A stretch of 44,357 bases of DNA from an archaeon (GTDB taxonomy: Archaea; EX4484-52; B79-G9), in NCBI GenBank assembly GCA_043813875.1, contig JBDRKP010000042.1, positions 1 through 44,357 on the forward strand, given 5' to 3'. Numbering within the stretch: position 1 is the stretch's first letter; every line of letters begins with the position of its first letter. A model generated the notes under the pieces. It made no database searches. It was not told the DNA's origin and saw nothing but the letters and a program-made list of their open reading frames with translations. Positions 18,126-27,819 of this stretch are shown piece by piece. The translations under genes and the position numbers were made by a program.

Positions 18126-19724
18126 CTAGAGTTCTTTTATGTAGCTGATAAGTCTTTCCAGGACTTCGTCTTTTGCGCTCTCTATGAATTTTACCGAGCC
18201 TGCGACTTCGTGGCCGCCGCCTGATACCATCCCGTGCGGGATGTCTTTTTCGAGGCGCTTCACTAACAGGTTCACGTTGAAGCCTTTTTTTTCGCAGCCT
18301 TCGTTTGAGCGCATTGTTATGAAATCAGGGCCATGACCGATCGAGACTATGTCTTTTGAGGGATGCTTTTCGTTCAAGGTGTCGTTTAAGATACCTATGG
18401 ATTTGCCAGGGGCAGGGTATTCGCCGCGCTGTGTCGATCCTGTTATGTCTATGATGGCCAGTATCATGCCGTTTTTTAGGGTCTCGACTTTGACGTATTT
18501 CAACAAGGTATTGATCTGTATGGCTATCTTTGCCTGGATTTCGCTGAAAAGAAGGTCTATCGCTTTGGTGTTGTTTTCGCCGGAACTGATGAGGTCATAT
18601 ATCAGGCCTGAGTCCTGCATGAATCTCAGGTACTGGGCCTCGTAGTCTACGCACTGGGCGATCTTTTTGAGGTATTCTGTGTCTGTGCCTGCTTTTTTTA
18701 AGTACTGCTCAAACTCAGGACCTTTTGACCTGTCGCCGATGCCGGCAAGAGCAGGGAGCTGTTTTAGGTCCTCTGTTGCAGGATTGATGATGCGGGAAAG
18801 TTCGTATGCGAGCATGCCTGCTGTGATGTCTTTTGTGCCGCCGACTAGATACGGGTTGATGTGGACATCGACGTAGTCATCGACTACTGATTTCTTATTT
18901 TCAACCGGGGTGAAGTGATGGTCTACGACCAGTATAGGGATGTTGTATATCTTCGCTTTCCTTATGCTTAGAAGATCTTCGGCTGTGGAGCCGTTGTCTA
19001 CGAGTATGACGAGGGGCTCAATCTTCTGGAAGCGATCAACTGCTCTTTTTGCGAATGAGAGGTCTTTCAGGACGTCTGAATATTCGTAGAAGGGGGTGGT
19101 CGAGGGCATGCGGTCGAAGTGGTGCCATTTGTCGCGCTCGCCGACGCGGGCTTCTATCAGGGGCATTATGGCTTTCTCGAGGGCGATGGCTCCTGCGTAG
19201 CCGTCCATGTCCGCATGGTGGCGGATGAGTATGGGGCGGCCTTCGTAGATTGATTTTTTTATGAGTTTGGAGGCGCTCCTGAACTTGTCTTTCAGGGCGT
19301 CAAGCACCTCGCTTTTTATCGTGAAGGTGATGGATGATTCGTCCTCTTGTTTTTGGGGGTCAAGCATGTCATCGAGTTTTAAGGGTATGTCTTCTATCCT
19401 TTGCAGCTGGTTTATGTTTACTCTTTTTATGCCCTCTTTCATCTCTACGCGGATCTCTGCCCTTATGCTGTCGTTTTCCTGTACCTCGGGGTACGAGCGC
19501 TCGCCCGGGGAGATGAAGCCGGCTATGTCGAGGGGGCCGGTATCGTCTCTTGTCTTGAAGATTGTCGGGCCGCGTGTCTGGATGATCTTTGTCACTTTTG
19601 CCTCAATCGTATAGACTCCGCTTTCCTTGTCGTTTATGTCTTTCAGGCTTGTGATTGAGGTCTCTTCTTTTTTCTTCTTTATCCTGATCGTGATGTTTCC
19701 GTATTGCTTGTCTTTCATTTCCAT
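18126..19724 (-). CDS. RecJ-like DHH phosphoesterase with N-terminal OB fold
   Basis: QTRGPTIF OB domain; RHHADMDG, LVDNGST, VVDHH, GGGHEVAG (DHHA1). Confidence 0.88.
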   Translation of the reverse strand: MEMKDKQYGNITIRIKKKKEETSITSLKDINDKESGVYTIEAKVTKIIQTRGPTIFKTRDDTGPLDIAGFISPGERSYPEVQENDSIRAEIRVEMKEGIKRVNINQLQRIEDIPLKLDDMLDPQKQEDESSITFTIKSEVLDALKDKFRSASKLIKKSIYEGRPILIRHHADMDGYAGAIALEKAIMPLIEARVGERDKWHHFDRMPSTTPFYEYSDVLKDLSFAKRAVDRFQKIEPLVILVDNGSTAEDLLSIRKAKIYNIPILVVDHHFTPVENKKSVVDDYVDVHINPYLVGGTKDITAGMLAYELSRIINPATEDLKQLPALAGIGDRSKGPEFEQYLKKAGTDTEYLKKIAQCVDYEAQYLRFMQDSGLIYDLISSGENNTKAIDLLFSEIQAKIAIQINTLLKYVKVETLKNGMILAIIDITGSTQRGEYPAPGKSIGILNDTLNEKHPSKDIVSIGHGPDFITMRSNEGCEKKGFNVNLLVKRLEKDIPHGMVSGGGHEVAGSVKFIESAKDEVLERLISYIKEL

Positions 19725-19853
19725 TATTATCAGCTCTTTTTTTTATTTTTGTTTTAGTGTATTTATGGGGTATGTTATATAAAGATGATGGTCTTTCTTA
19801 TAGGCGGCATTTGCGCATTAACTATAAATAAAATATCTGCCTATATGTTGGTT

Positions 19854-21392
19854 ATGGCTAATGTCGAGTGTGTCGCGCAGATAATCTCGGGGCGGTTCGG
19901 GGAGATTCTTGTCAGGAAGAAGTCAGGGGAGAGCCTTGAGCTCGGGGAGCTTCTGGTCGCTGAATCAAAAGATTCTTATACGCTTTTCCAGGTCTATGAC
20001 CTGAAGTACGGCTCGCAGATTCCGCAGGAGTCGCTTGAGCTGATGTCCGGGATGAATCTTGAGGGATATGGGGAGTCGCTTGAGCTGATGGAGCCGGAGC
20101 TAAGGAATTATATTCTTGCATCGCTGAAGTCTGTGGTGACTATCAGCAGGAATGTGGCGAAGACGCCAAAGAAACTGCCGGTATTCTTTTCGGGGCTTAG
20201 GATGCTCAAGAAAGAGGACCTGAATTTCCTGACCAAGCCGAACAGGCCGCTTTTTCTTGGAAATATGCGGTCAGGGTCTCGCGTGCTTCCGATCGACGTG
20301 TATCTTGACGGGGAGAGCGTCTTTACACATCATGTGCTTATACCGGCTACGACGGGCAGGGGGAAGTCGAATCTGGTACGGATCATCGCGTGGTCTGTGC
20401 TTGATGAGGATTACTGCTCGCTTCTTGTGCTGGATCCGCATGACGAGTATTACGGGAGGAATATGAAGGCGCTGAAGGATCATCCGAAGGCGCGGGAGAA
20501 GCTTGTCTATTATACGCCGAACAGCGCGCCGCCGGGGGCTATCACTCTCAAGATCAATCTCGAGTCGCTCAAGCCGCAGCATTTCGACGGGGCGATCATG
20601 TTCTCTGAGCCGCAGAAGGAGGCGCTTTACGCATATTACAATGAGTATAAGGAAGAGTGGATCACAAAGATCATTCTCAAGGAGCCGGTGCCTGTCAATT
20701 TCAGGGACGAGACGCTTGATGTGGTGGTGCGAAGGCTTCTTTATAATCTTGATCTCAAGGTCAATGAGGATGAGATCACATGCACGGGTATATTTGATAC
20801 ACAGGCGGGAAAGACGACTGCCGATGACATACTGCGCTCGCTTGAGTCTTCAAAGACGGTCATCATCGATACTTCCACGCTGCATGGGGCGCAGGAAATT
20901 CTTGTGGGGTCAATCATCGCCACAAAGGCTTTTGATACGTATAGGCATTACAGGCAGACCGGGGAGCTTCGGGATAAGCCGGTGATCTCGGTGATACTTG
21001 AGGAGGCGCCGAGGGTCATCGGGAAGGATGCGCTCAAGGCCGGAGGGAATATCTTTTCGCGGATCGCCCGCGAGGGAAGGAAGTTCAGGGTCGGACTTAC
21101 TGCCATCACGCAGCTCCCGAGCCTTATCCCAAAGGAGATCCTTGCCAATATGAATACGAAGATAATTCTTGGGATTGAGATGGCTGAGGAGCGGAGGTCT
21201 GTCATCGAGTGCGCTTCGCAGGACCTTTCTACTGATGAGCGCAATATCGCAAGCCTTGATAAGGGGGAGGCGCTTGTGACGTCCAATTTCACGAAGTTCG
21301 CGATGCCGATATATGTGCCGTTTTTTGATGAGTATATCAAGGACAAGGTCAAGAAGCCGGGTGTAAAGAAGGATTTCAGCGGGATTTTGTGA
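19854..21392 (+). CDS. herA: HerA-like ATPase (DUF87)
   Basis: Walker [16 protein letters not shown], Walker [18 protein letters not shown]. Confidence 0.88.
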   Translation: MANVECVAQIISGRFGEILVRKKSGESLELGELLVAESKDSYTLFQVYDLKYGSQIPQESLELMSGMNLEGYGESLELMEPELRNYILASLKSVVTISRNVAKTPKKLPVFFSGLRMLKKEDLNFLTKPNRPLFLGNMRSGSRVLPIDVYLDGESVFTHHVLIPATTGRGKSNLVRIIAWSVLDEDYCSLLVLDPHDEYYGRNMKALKDHPKAREKLVYYTPNSAPPGAITLKINLESLKPQHFDGAIMFSEPQKEALYAYYNEYKEEWITKIILKEPVPVNFRDETLDVVVRRLLYNLDLKVNEDEITCTGIFDTQAGKTTADDILRSLESSKTVIIDTSTLHGAQEILVGSIIATKAFDTYRHYRQTGELRDKPVISVILEEAPRVIGKDALKAGGNIFSRIAREGRKFRVGLTAITQLPSLIPKEILANMNTKIILGIEMAEERRSVIECASQDLSTDERNIASLDKGEALVTSNFTKFAMPIYVPFFDEYIKDKVKKPGVKKDFSGIL

Positions 21393-22491
21393 AGTTGAGC
21401 AATCCTGCTACGAAGCCTGCTACGTAGCCGTCGCCTGCGCCGACTGACATGCCGTCGCCAATGTATTTTATGCCCGGGACCCATGAGATACTGTAGCCGG
21501 TATTGTTTGTGATCTCTTCTTTGTGGAGTTCTATAATCCTAAATTGTTTTCTTAATTCTTTCTGGCCCATGTATCTTCCGGTGATGTAGCGCGCGCTCCC
21601 TTCAAGGTGGCCGAGGACCTGGGCTTTTTCTATGCCTTGACATGGTTTCTTTGAGAGGGCGAGGCTTCCTTTGAGTGTGTGGATGAGCAGTATCGATGAG
21701 GGCTTCATGCAGTGCCTGTGGTAGGCGGCTGCGCCTTCGACGATGCCTGTGACGCCGGTCATCGCTTTTAGTTCTACTTCGTTCATGCCTACGATGTCGG
21801 CGTGTTTTGATACTTTCCTGCAGTTGTCTTCTGCCATGCGGGAGCCGGAGCCAAGTTCTATGTAGAGCTTTGATTTTTTTGAGATGTTCTTAACTCTTTT
21901 TAATAATTCTTTCTGGACGGATTCTTTCTTCGCGTCTAGGTGGGCGCCGGAATATACTGCAAAATCGCTTTCATTATCTACAAAATCGACAAGTTCCGGC
22001 TCTTCTGTGCCGTAGTCGGGCGAGATTATGAACCTGTCGCCGTCTTCTTTTACCTGCACTATGAGGTGGTGGGCGGCTTCGTCTAATGAGGAGTTCACTG
22101 TGCTGACGCCGGCGGATTTCAGTTGTTTTATCATGTCTTTTGTCGCTCTTTTTACGTTGAGGTCCGTGATGTTGCCGAGTGATGTGAGGCCGAGCGATAT
22201 GTTGGTGGAGTTGCCGCCAAGTATTACTTTTTCTTTTAGAGGGATGTCTTTTAGCCTTGTTATGGCTTCGTTTATGAGATGGATGTCGCGGTTGTATTCG
22301 CGGTAGGACTGGCTTTTGAGGGCGCGGGAGGCGATTTCGTCAAAGACGGGGTTGATTTTCATGTTTGCTAAATGCTCTTTTGAGATGCTGAAGACGTCGT
22401 CGTAGTTCGCGATGCCGTATACGGCTATCTTTTTCGGGTTGAGGGCGGTTTTCAGGACTATCCTGTATAGTGCGAGGTTATCTTTTGCCAT
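21376..22491 (-). CDS. ADP-dependent glucokinase/phosphofructokinase family protein
   Basis: N.D near N-terminus, GGN, DRFII, SGAH, YIELG, GMNEVEL, IHT, VGAGD ribokinase anion hole. Confidence 0.75.
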   Translation of the reverse strand: MAKDNLALYRIVLKTALNPKKIAVYGIANYDDVFSISKEHLANMKINPVFDEIASRALKSQSYREYNRDIHLINEAITRLKDIPLKEKVILGGNSTNISLGLTSLGNITDLNVKRATKDMIKQLKSAGVSTVNSSLDEAAHHLIVQVKEDGDRFIISPDYGTEEPELVDFVDNESDFAVYSGAHLDAKKESVQKELLKRVKNISKKSKLYIELGSGSRMAEDNCRKVSKHADIVGMNEVELKAMTGVTGIVEGAAAYHRHCMKPSSILLIHTLKGSLALSKKPCQGIEKAQVLGHLEGSARYITGRYMGQKELRKQFRIIELHKEEITNNTGYSISWVPGIKYIGDGMSVGAGDGYVAGFVAGLLNFTKSR

Positions 22492-22640
22492 AGGCTATTT
22501 ATCGACGATAAAGTATATATGTGTTAAAACAGAGTCGCATGGACAATGATTTTTTGTATCATAGAGGGTTTATGGCTGTAAAAAGACTCATATATATTTA
22601 AAAGTTTCGATGTCATATTAGAATAATTCTTTATATTACC

Positions 22641-22775
22641 GGTCCCGTAGCTCAGCTGGTTAGAGCGTTGGTCTTATATGACGCGCAGGTAATGCCTGTG
22701 TCTCGATAACCACTTGTGTTATCGGCTTTCGGCTAAGACAGCCAAAGGTCCTGGGTTCAAATCCCAGCGGGACCA
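22641..22775 (+). tRNA. tRNA-Ile(UAU) with 61-nt intron at 37/38 (intron 22679..22739)
   Basis: Acceptor GGTCCCG/CGGGACC+A; D arm GCTC/GAGC; anticodon stem TTGGT/GCCAA, loop CT-TAT-A; T arm GGTTCAAATCC; BHB with CTTA/TAAG central helix. Confidence 0.9.
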
Positions 22776-22811
22776 CTATTTTCTATTTTTATGCAGGAAA
22801 TATTGAAAAAA

Positions 22812-23081
22812 CTAGTTCTGTTGATATATTTTGTCGTGATGATCATAATCCAGGAAAACAACAAGTCCATCATTTTCTCTGATTGAAAAAGTAAGCACAA
22901 ATGAATCGATATGAACTCTCCTTATACCTTTCATGCTATATCTGAGCGGTTTGTATGTAGAAGGATCAAGGGCAATTTCATTCATTTTTTTGATAATTCG
23001 CTCATATTGTTTTTTGTCCTTTTTCAGCAATTTGGTTAATTTCCTCTCCAGTGAGGGCTGAAGCAGTATATGATATGGCAT
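22812..23081 (-). CDS. RelE/ParE family toxin
   Basis: 89 aa, basic; YKPLRYSMKGIRRVHI..FVL.F, DHHDKIY. Confidence 0.85.
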   Translation of the reverse strand: MPYHILLQPSLERKLTKLLKKDKKQYERIIKKMNEIALDPSTYKPLRYSMKGIRRVHIDSFVLTFSIRENDGLVVFLDYDHHDKIYQQN

Positions 23082-23097
23082 AACGTATCGCCACTCT

Positions 23098-23325
23098 TTA
23101 TTCGACTCCAGCTTTTTGCTTTAAATATTTGTCCATATCAGCAATAGTTTTAAATTTTCGTCCCTTCTGCTTTTGGATGCGTTCCAGCTTGCGCAGATAC
23201 GCAGGATTTACATCCCTGTGCAAGTCATGATCTATTTCATTCATTGTTTGCTCAATGACGTTCATTTTTGTCATTAAAAGTGATACATCACCAGCTACTT
23301 TTTTTAGAAGCTCAGATTCAGCCAT
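23098..23325 (-). CDS. Putative antitoxin of the RelE toxin
   Basis: ~75 aa directly upstream of toxin; V.P.YL.KL..I...KG..F motif; GGTGG SD. Confidence 0.65.
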   Translation of the reverse strand: MAESELLKKVAGDVSLLMTKMNVIEQTMNEIDHDLHRDVNPAYLRKLERIQKQKGRKFKTIADMDKYLKQKAGVE

Positions 23326-23384
23326 TTTACCACCAATCATTATTTCGTATTAATCATTAAAAAGCTTATAGGCCATTCCAGTAT

Positions 23385-23672
23385 TCATCCGTCTCTGCCC
23401 AGTTCTTTTTTTGCGTGATATTCCTTTGCCTGTTTCGGATAGTATATCCAGCCGATTTTGCTCTCGGAGTCAATGGATATCTTTCTCGAATACAAGAGAT
23501 AGTCAATTATGACGCAATAAGTCTGGTACATCATCCTTTTGGGGAGGGATTCCCAAAGCTTACTCTTTTTGAATTCGCCATCATGTTCCTTTATAAATTC
23601 CTCTACCATCAGCACAGTATCCAGACGCGGGTATCTCAAAATGTTGTCTTTGTTCATTAATTCTGTTTCCAT
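23385..23672 (-). CDS. Small winged-helix-like DNA-binding protein
   Basis: YPRLDTVLMVE..I, LW.SLPK.MMYQTY..IIDYL; palindrome directly upstream. Confidence 0.65.
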   Translation of the reverse strand: METELMNKDNILRYPRLDTVLMVEEFIKEHDGEFKKSKLWESLPKRMMYQTYCVIIDYLLYSRKISIDSESKIGWIYYPKQAKEYHAKKELGRDG

Positions 23673-23673
23673 G

Positions 23674-23691
23674 TTATATCTATTGATATAA
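23674..23691. promoter_or_regulatory. Palindromic operator candidate TTATATC-N4-GATATAA
   Basis: Perfect 7-bp inverted repeat between TATA-like TTTAAATA and the ATG of 23385..23672. Confidence 0.5.
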
Positions 23692-23919
23692 TAAATATTT
23701 AAAGATTTATACTAACCTCGTTATAAAAATTGGAATCAATTGATTGTGTAACTAAGTGAACTGATTTTGTATGGGTCTCGGCGGGACCACTAGTATTCTA
23801 GTTCACTTACTTCTGATAATGTGGGGTTTAAACTCTGAAAATCTTCACAAACTCATCAGAAACATACAGATAACTTCAAATAGTTTCATCTACTATTGTA
23901 TGATTTATTGATGACTATC

Positions 23920-25209
23920 ATGGTGCCAAAAAAATTTCTTTTTGTAACGCTTGAAAACCTATGCGGAGACCTTGCATGGCATATCTTAAAAGAGGGACAT
24001 GAGGTCAAATACTATACGCAGGATTCTGGAGAAAGAGAGGTCGCAACCGGATTCATCACTATGGTCGATGACTGGGAGAAGGAAGTCGACTGGGCTGATG
24101 TCATCGTCTTTGATGATGTACTGGGGCAGGGCACGAAAGCCAAGAAACTCAGGGATCAGGGTAAATTCGTTGTCGGAGGCACGCCTTATACTGACAGACT
24201 CGAAGATGACAGGGCGTTCGGTCAGAATGAGCTTAAAAAGGTGGGTATCCCGATTGTCCATTACAAGGATTTTACTTCTTTTGATGAGGCAATCATTTAT
24301 GTCAAGGAACATCCTATGAAATATGTCATCAAACCGAGCGGGGAAGCGCAGAATCTCAAAGGGCTGCTTTTTATCGGCGAGGAGGAGGATGGCAGGGATG
24401 TCATACAGGTACTGAATGATTATAAAAACGCATGGGCCCACAAGATACCGCTGTTCCAGCTGCAGAAAAGAATCGGAGGCGTTGAGGTTGCTGTCGGAGC
24501 TTTCTTCAACGGGAAGCAGTTCATATATCCCATAAATGTGAATTTCGAGCATAAGAAACTGTTCCCGGGAAATCTTGGCCCGTCGACCGGTGAAATGGGC
24601 ACAGCTATGTTCTGGAGCGGGCCGAACAAGATATTCAACATGACACTTAAGAAGATGGAGAAGAAGCTTGCCGAAGAAGGCTATGTCGGTTATATCGATA
24701 TCAATTGCATTGTCAATAATCACGGCATATATCCGCTCGAGTGGACTTCGCGTTTCGGGTATCCGACCATCAGCATACAGATGGAGGGGATGAGCACACC
24801 TATCGGCGAGTTCCTTTATGATCTTGCGAGGGGTGCGACGCCGAAGCTTAAGGTGAAGCAGGGCTTCCAGATCGGGGTGAGGATTGTCGTGCCGCCGTTC
24901 CCGTTCACAGATAAGGAAACTTTTGAGGTCAAGTCAAAGGATTCGGTCATACATTTCAAGAAGCCGACCGACGGGGTGCATATAGAGGATGTGAAGCTTG
25001 TCAATGGCGAGTGGGTTGTCACGGGTACGGCCGGTGTCGTGCTTATCGTGTGCGGGACGGGCCTTACTATGAAGCAGGCGCAGGCGCAGGTCTATTCACG
25101 CATCAAGAATATCAGCATACCTCATATGTATTACAGGGACGATATCGGTGACCGGTGGTTCGAGGACAGCGACAAGCTGCACAGCTGGGGATACCTGCGC
25201 GAGATGTAG
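23920..25209 (+). CDS. PurD-like ATP-grasp ligase (atypical phosphoribosylamine--glycine ligase family)
   Basis: LEDDRAFG, YVIKP, GVEVAVG, EHKKL..G..GPSTGEMG, LEWTSRFGYP, YR.DIG; lacks the GGREHA N-terminus of canonical PurD. Confidence 0.8.
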   Translation: MVPKKFLFVTLENLCGDLAWHILKEGHEVKYYTQDSGEREVATGFITMVDDWEKEVDWADVIVFDDVLGQGTKAKKLRDQGKFVVGGTPYTDRLEDDRAFGQNELKKVGIPIVHYKDFTSFDEAIIYVKEHPMKYVIKPSGEAQNLKGLLFIGEEEDGRDVIQVLNDYKNAWAHKIPLFQLQKRIGGVEVAVGAFFNGKQFIYPINVNFEHKKLFPGNLGPSTGEMGTAMFWSGPNKIFNMTLKKMEKKLAEEGYVGYIDINCIVNNHGIYPLEWTSRFGYPTISIQMEGMSTPIGEFLYDLARGATPKLKVKQGFQIGVRIVVPPFPFTDKETFEVKSKDSVIHFKKPTDGVHIEDVKLVNGEWVVTGTAGVVLIVCGTGLTMKQAQAQVYSRIKNISIPHMYYRDDIGDRWFEDSDKLHSWGYLREM

Positions 25210-25260
25210 GTCATTGATGCTTCTTTTTTCTGATCATGAAAGAAAATTTCTGCTGGTCTG

Positions 25261-25788
25261 ATGATTGTTATGATACCAAAATTCCATGAAATTACAGCCG
25301 ATAAATTCGGCAGGTATGAGAAACAGATATTGCGCTCAGAGGAGATCTTTCCTGAACAAATAAGGACATCAAGGGAGGATTATATGGGAATCCTCATGAG
25401 TGAGAATTCTATCGCTCTTGTCGCCACTATTGATTCCAAATATATCGGGAATATCATCGGATGCCCGATTACTGAAGAAGATATGGCGGAGTATGAGATT
25501 GATTTGGGGATTGATAGAGAAAAGATTCTTTATGTGTATAACATCGTCATTGATAATGCCTTCCAAGGCAGGGGATATGGCCATGAAATGATGAAGGAGT
25601 TTATCAGAATCGCAAAGATGAGGGGCTATGAGGTGCTTGCCGGCCATTTTCGGAAATACCGGTCGGAGTCGCTTATCAGGAAGTTCGGCGCTGTCGCCAA
25701 AAAGACATATGCCAACTGGGATAAATCCGGCGAGGAGTATATTTTGTGCGTCCTTGATCTTCGAAATGTGAAAGATCTGAGAGACTGA
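25261..25788 (+). CDS. GNAT family N-acetyltransferase
   Basis: LYVYNIVID..FQGRGYG..MM motif A. Confidence 0.85.
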   Translation: MIVMIPKFHEITADKFGRYEKQILRSEEIFPEQIRTSREDYMGILMSENSIALVATIDSKYIGNIIGCPITEEDMAEYEIDLGIDREKILYVYNIVIDNAFQGRGYGHEMMKEFIRIAKMRGYEVLAGHFRKYRSESLIRKFGAVAKKTYANWDKSGEEYILCVLDLRNVKDLRD

Positions 25789-25797
25789 TTGTGTCGT

Positions 25798-26934
25798 TCA
25801 GGATGCATAGCTCTTGATGCGTTTCTGTGTCCAGCCGTTGAGTTTCAGGAAGGGTTCTGCGCGCTTCAGGATCATCCCGGTATTTTTCAGTTCGCGCCGT
25901 CTTGTCAACGGGGACTTTTTGCGCGCGAGGATTATTTTTTTTGCGCTGAGTTCACCAATCCCGGGGACGCGGATGAGTTCAGAGTATGTTGCGCTGTTTA
26001 TGTCAAGGGGCTTTTTTATCTGATTTTCTGCGATCAACAGTTTCGGGTCTCTTCTTTTCAGGTTGCCTTCACTGGTGAGTATTTCTTTTATGTCTTTGAG
26101 CTTGTAGCCGTATTTCCTTAAAAGGAAGTCTGTATTGTATAGACGTATTTCTCTATATTCTGGTGTCTTTTCCCTGTTTTCGAGGGCTGTGTGCCTGCAG
26201 GGCGTGAATGCGCTGAAGTAGCCTCTTTTCAGATTCATGCAATTGTATCCGTAGTCCAGTGTCTTGAGTATCTCAAGGTCTGTCTCACCGGCGGCGCCTA
26301 CGACGAACTGGGTCGTGTGGCCGTGGGGCAGGTCCATGCGGCTCAGCCATCTTTGCCTTCTTATGATGTCTATATTATAGTCTTTTGTTGTTGACAAGGT
26401 GGATAAGTGGTCTTTTGTCGGGGCCTCAAGGTTTATGCTTAGCCGCTGTACAAGCGATGACGCTCTCTTTATCGTGCCGTAGCTTGAGCCGGGGAGGACT
26501 TTTAAGTGTATGTAGCCGTCGAATCTGTGTGCGTAGCGTATAAGCTCCACGGCCTTCAGCATGTCTTCCATGATGATATCGGGGTCTTTCGGGATTGCTG
26601 AGCTTAGGAAAAGACCTTCGACGAGGTTCATCTTGTAGAGCCTCATGAATGTCTTTGCGAGTTCGGCGGGAGTGTATGTTGATTTTTTCTCTTTTCTTGT
26701 GTTGATGCAATATTTGCAGTCAAATGAGCAGGCGTTTGTGTAGAGGGTCTTGAAGAGGAGGCAGCCTTGATTGTTGTTTTTGGCGCGGTAGATTGCGCCA
26801 AGGTCCGGGTCATGGGAGGGGCCGCATGTGTCGTGGCGATTGGCTTTCAGGAGGGTGTTGATTTTTGTTTCGCCTGCTGATTCACGGTCGAAGAATGTCG
26901 TTTCTTTATCGGAGAGGATTTTTTGGGCTGTCAT
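25798..26934 (-). CDS. Radical SAM protein with C-terminal helix-hairpin-helix (putative DNA modification/repair family)
   Basis: CSFDCKYC, EGLFLSS, GYIHLK, SINLE, TQFVVGA, YFSAF, RE.RLY..DFL; DINSA...L..VPGIG. Confidence 0.88.
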   Translation of the reverse strand: MTAQKILSDKETTFFDRESAGETKINTLLKANRHDTCGPSHDPDLGAIYRAKNNNQGCLLFKTLYTNACSFDCKYCINTRKEKKSTYTPAELAKTFMRLYKMNLVEGLFLSSAIPKDPDIIMEDMLKAVELIRYAHRFDGYIHLKVLPGSSYGTIKRASSLVQRLSINLEAPTKDHLSTLSTTKDYNIDIIRRQRWLSRMDLPHGHTTQFVVGAAGETDLEILKTLDYGYNCMNLKRGYFSAFTPCRHTALENREKTPEYREIRLYNTDFLLRKYGYKLKDIKEILTSEGNLKRRDPKLLIAENQIKKPLDINSATYSELIRVPGIGELSAKKIILARKKSPLTRRRELKNTGMILKRAEPFLKLNGWTQKRIKSYAS

Positions 26935-27053
26935 GAGAGGTTTTTGGCGAATCCTGCTTAAAAGTTCTTGGGGATGATAGGTTGCCGATAGAAATATATG
27001 TAACTACCGTAAAGTATTTAATATTATGGGCGCTTTGTAGAATCAGTGATATC

Positions 27054-27800
27054 ATGGCTAAAATCATTGGCGTAGTTTCCGGTAAAGGCGGTGTCGGCAA
27101 GACCGTCTCTTCGCTTAATATCGCTCTTGCGCTCCATGAGTTCGGGGAGAATGTCGTGGTTGTCGACGGAGATACGACTGCTTCTACGATGGGGCTGCAT
27201 CTTGGGCTTTATGTTTTTCCTAATAAGCTGCAGGATGTCCTGAACGGGGAGATAGGGATTGACCGTGCTATATACATGCACCAGACGGGACTGAGATATA
27301 TCCCTTCGTCTATTGATCTTGAGTCGCTCGGCTCGGATGTCTCGAAGATGAAGCTCGCTTTGAGCAAGCTTGAAGGGATTGTGATTCTTGATGCGCCGGC
27401 TGGTCTTGATAAGGATTCGCTTGCTATCCTTGATGCCTGCGATGAGGTCATCGTTGTGACGAACCCGGAGCTTCCGACGGTCACTAATGCTGTCAAAGTG
27501 GCAAGGATTGCGGCTGATATGAAAAAAAATGTTTTCGGGGTTGTGCTTACGAGGGTCAAGGGCACTGAGTGGGAGCTTACTGCCAGTGATGTCGAGATGA
27601 TGTGCGAGCTGCCGCTTCTTGCGATCATCCCTGAGGATCTGAATGTGAAGAGGAGCATCTTTGAGAAGGTGCCTATTGTTGCGCATTGCCCTTATTCCCC
27701 TGCGGCGATCGAGTATAAGAAGCTTGCGGCGCGGCTGGTCGGGAAGACTTATGAGGCGCCGAAGAATCTTGGGATCAAAAGGTTTCTTGGGTTGATCTGA
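27054..27800 (+). CDS. minD: MinD/ParA family ATPase
   Basis: Deviant Walker A SGKGGVGKT, ILDAPAG, VTNPE, IPED..V. Confidence 0.88.
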   Translation: MAKIIGVVSGKGGVGKTVSSLNIALALHEFGENVVVVDGDTTASTMGLHLGLYVFPNKLQDVLNGEIGIDRAIYMHQTGLRYIPSSIDLESLGSDVSKMKLALSKLEGIVILDAPAGLDKDSLAILDACDEVIVVTNPELPTVTNAVKVARIAADMKKNVFGVVLTRVKGTEWELTASDVEMMCELPLLAIIPEDLNVKRSIFEKVPIVAHCPYSPAAIEYKKLAARLVGKTYEAPKNLGIKRFLGLI

Positions 27801-27819
27801 TCCAAATTTTGAATAGTCT

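Larger units (their letters stand above)
22767..23792. mobile_element. Small tRNA-anchored island bounded by 12-bp direct repeat GCGGGACCACTA (22767-22778; 23781-23792)
   Basis: Duplicated tRNA 3' end; AT-rich cargo of TA-type genes; no integrase inside. Confidence 0.6.

Noticed and set aside
23986..24723. 245-aa minus-strand ORF (likewise 493..1197 and 27024..27830)
   Set aside because: Antisense to well-supported genes; composition typical of shadow frames
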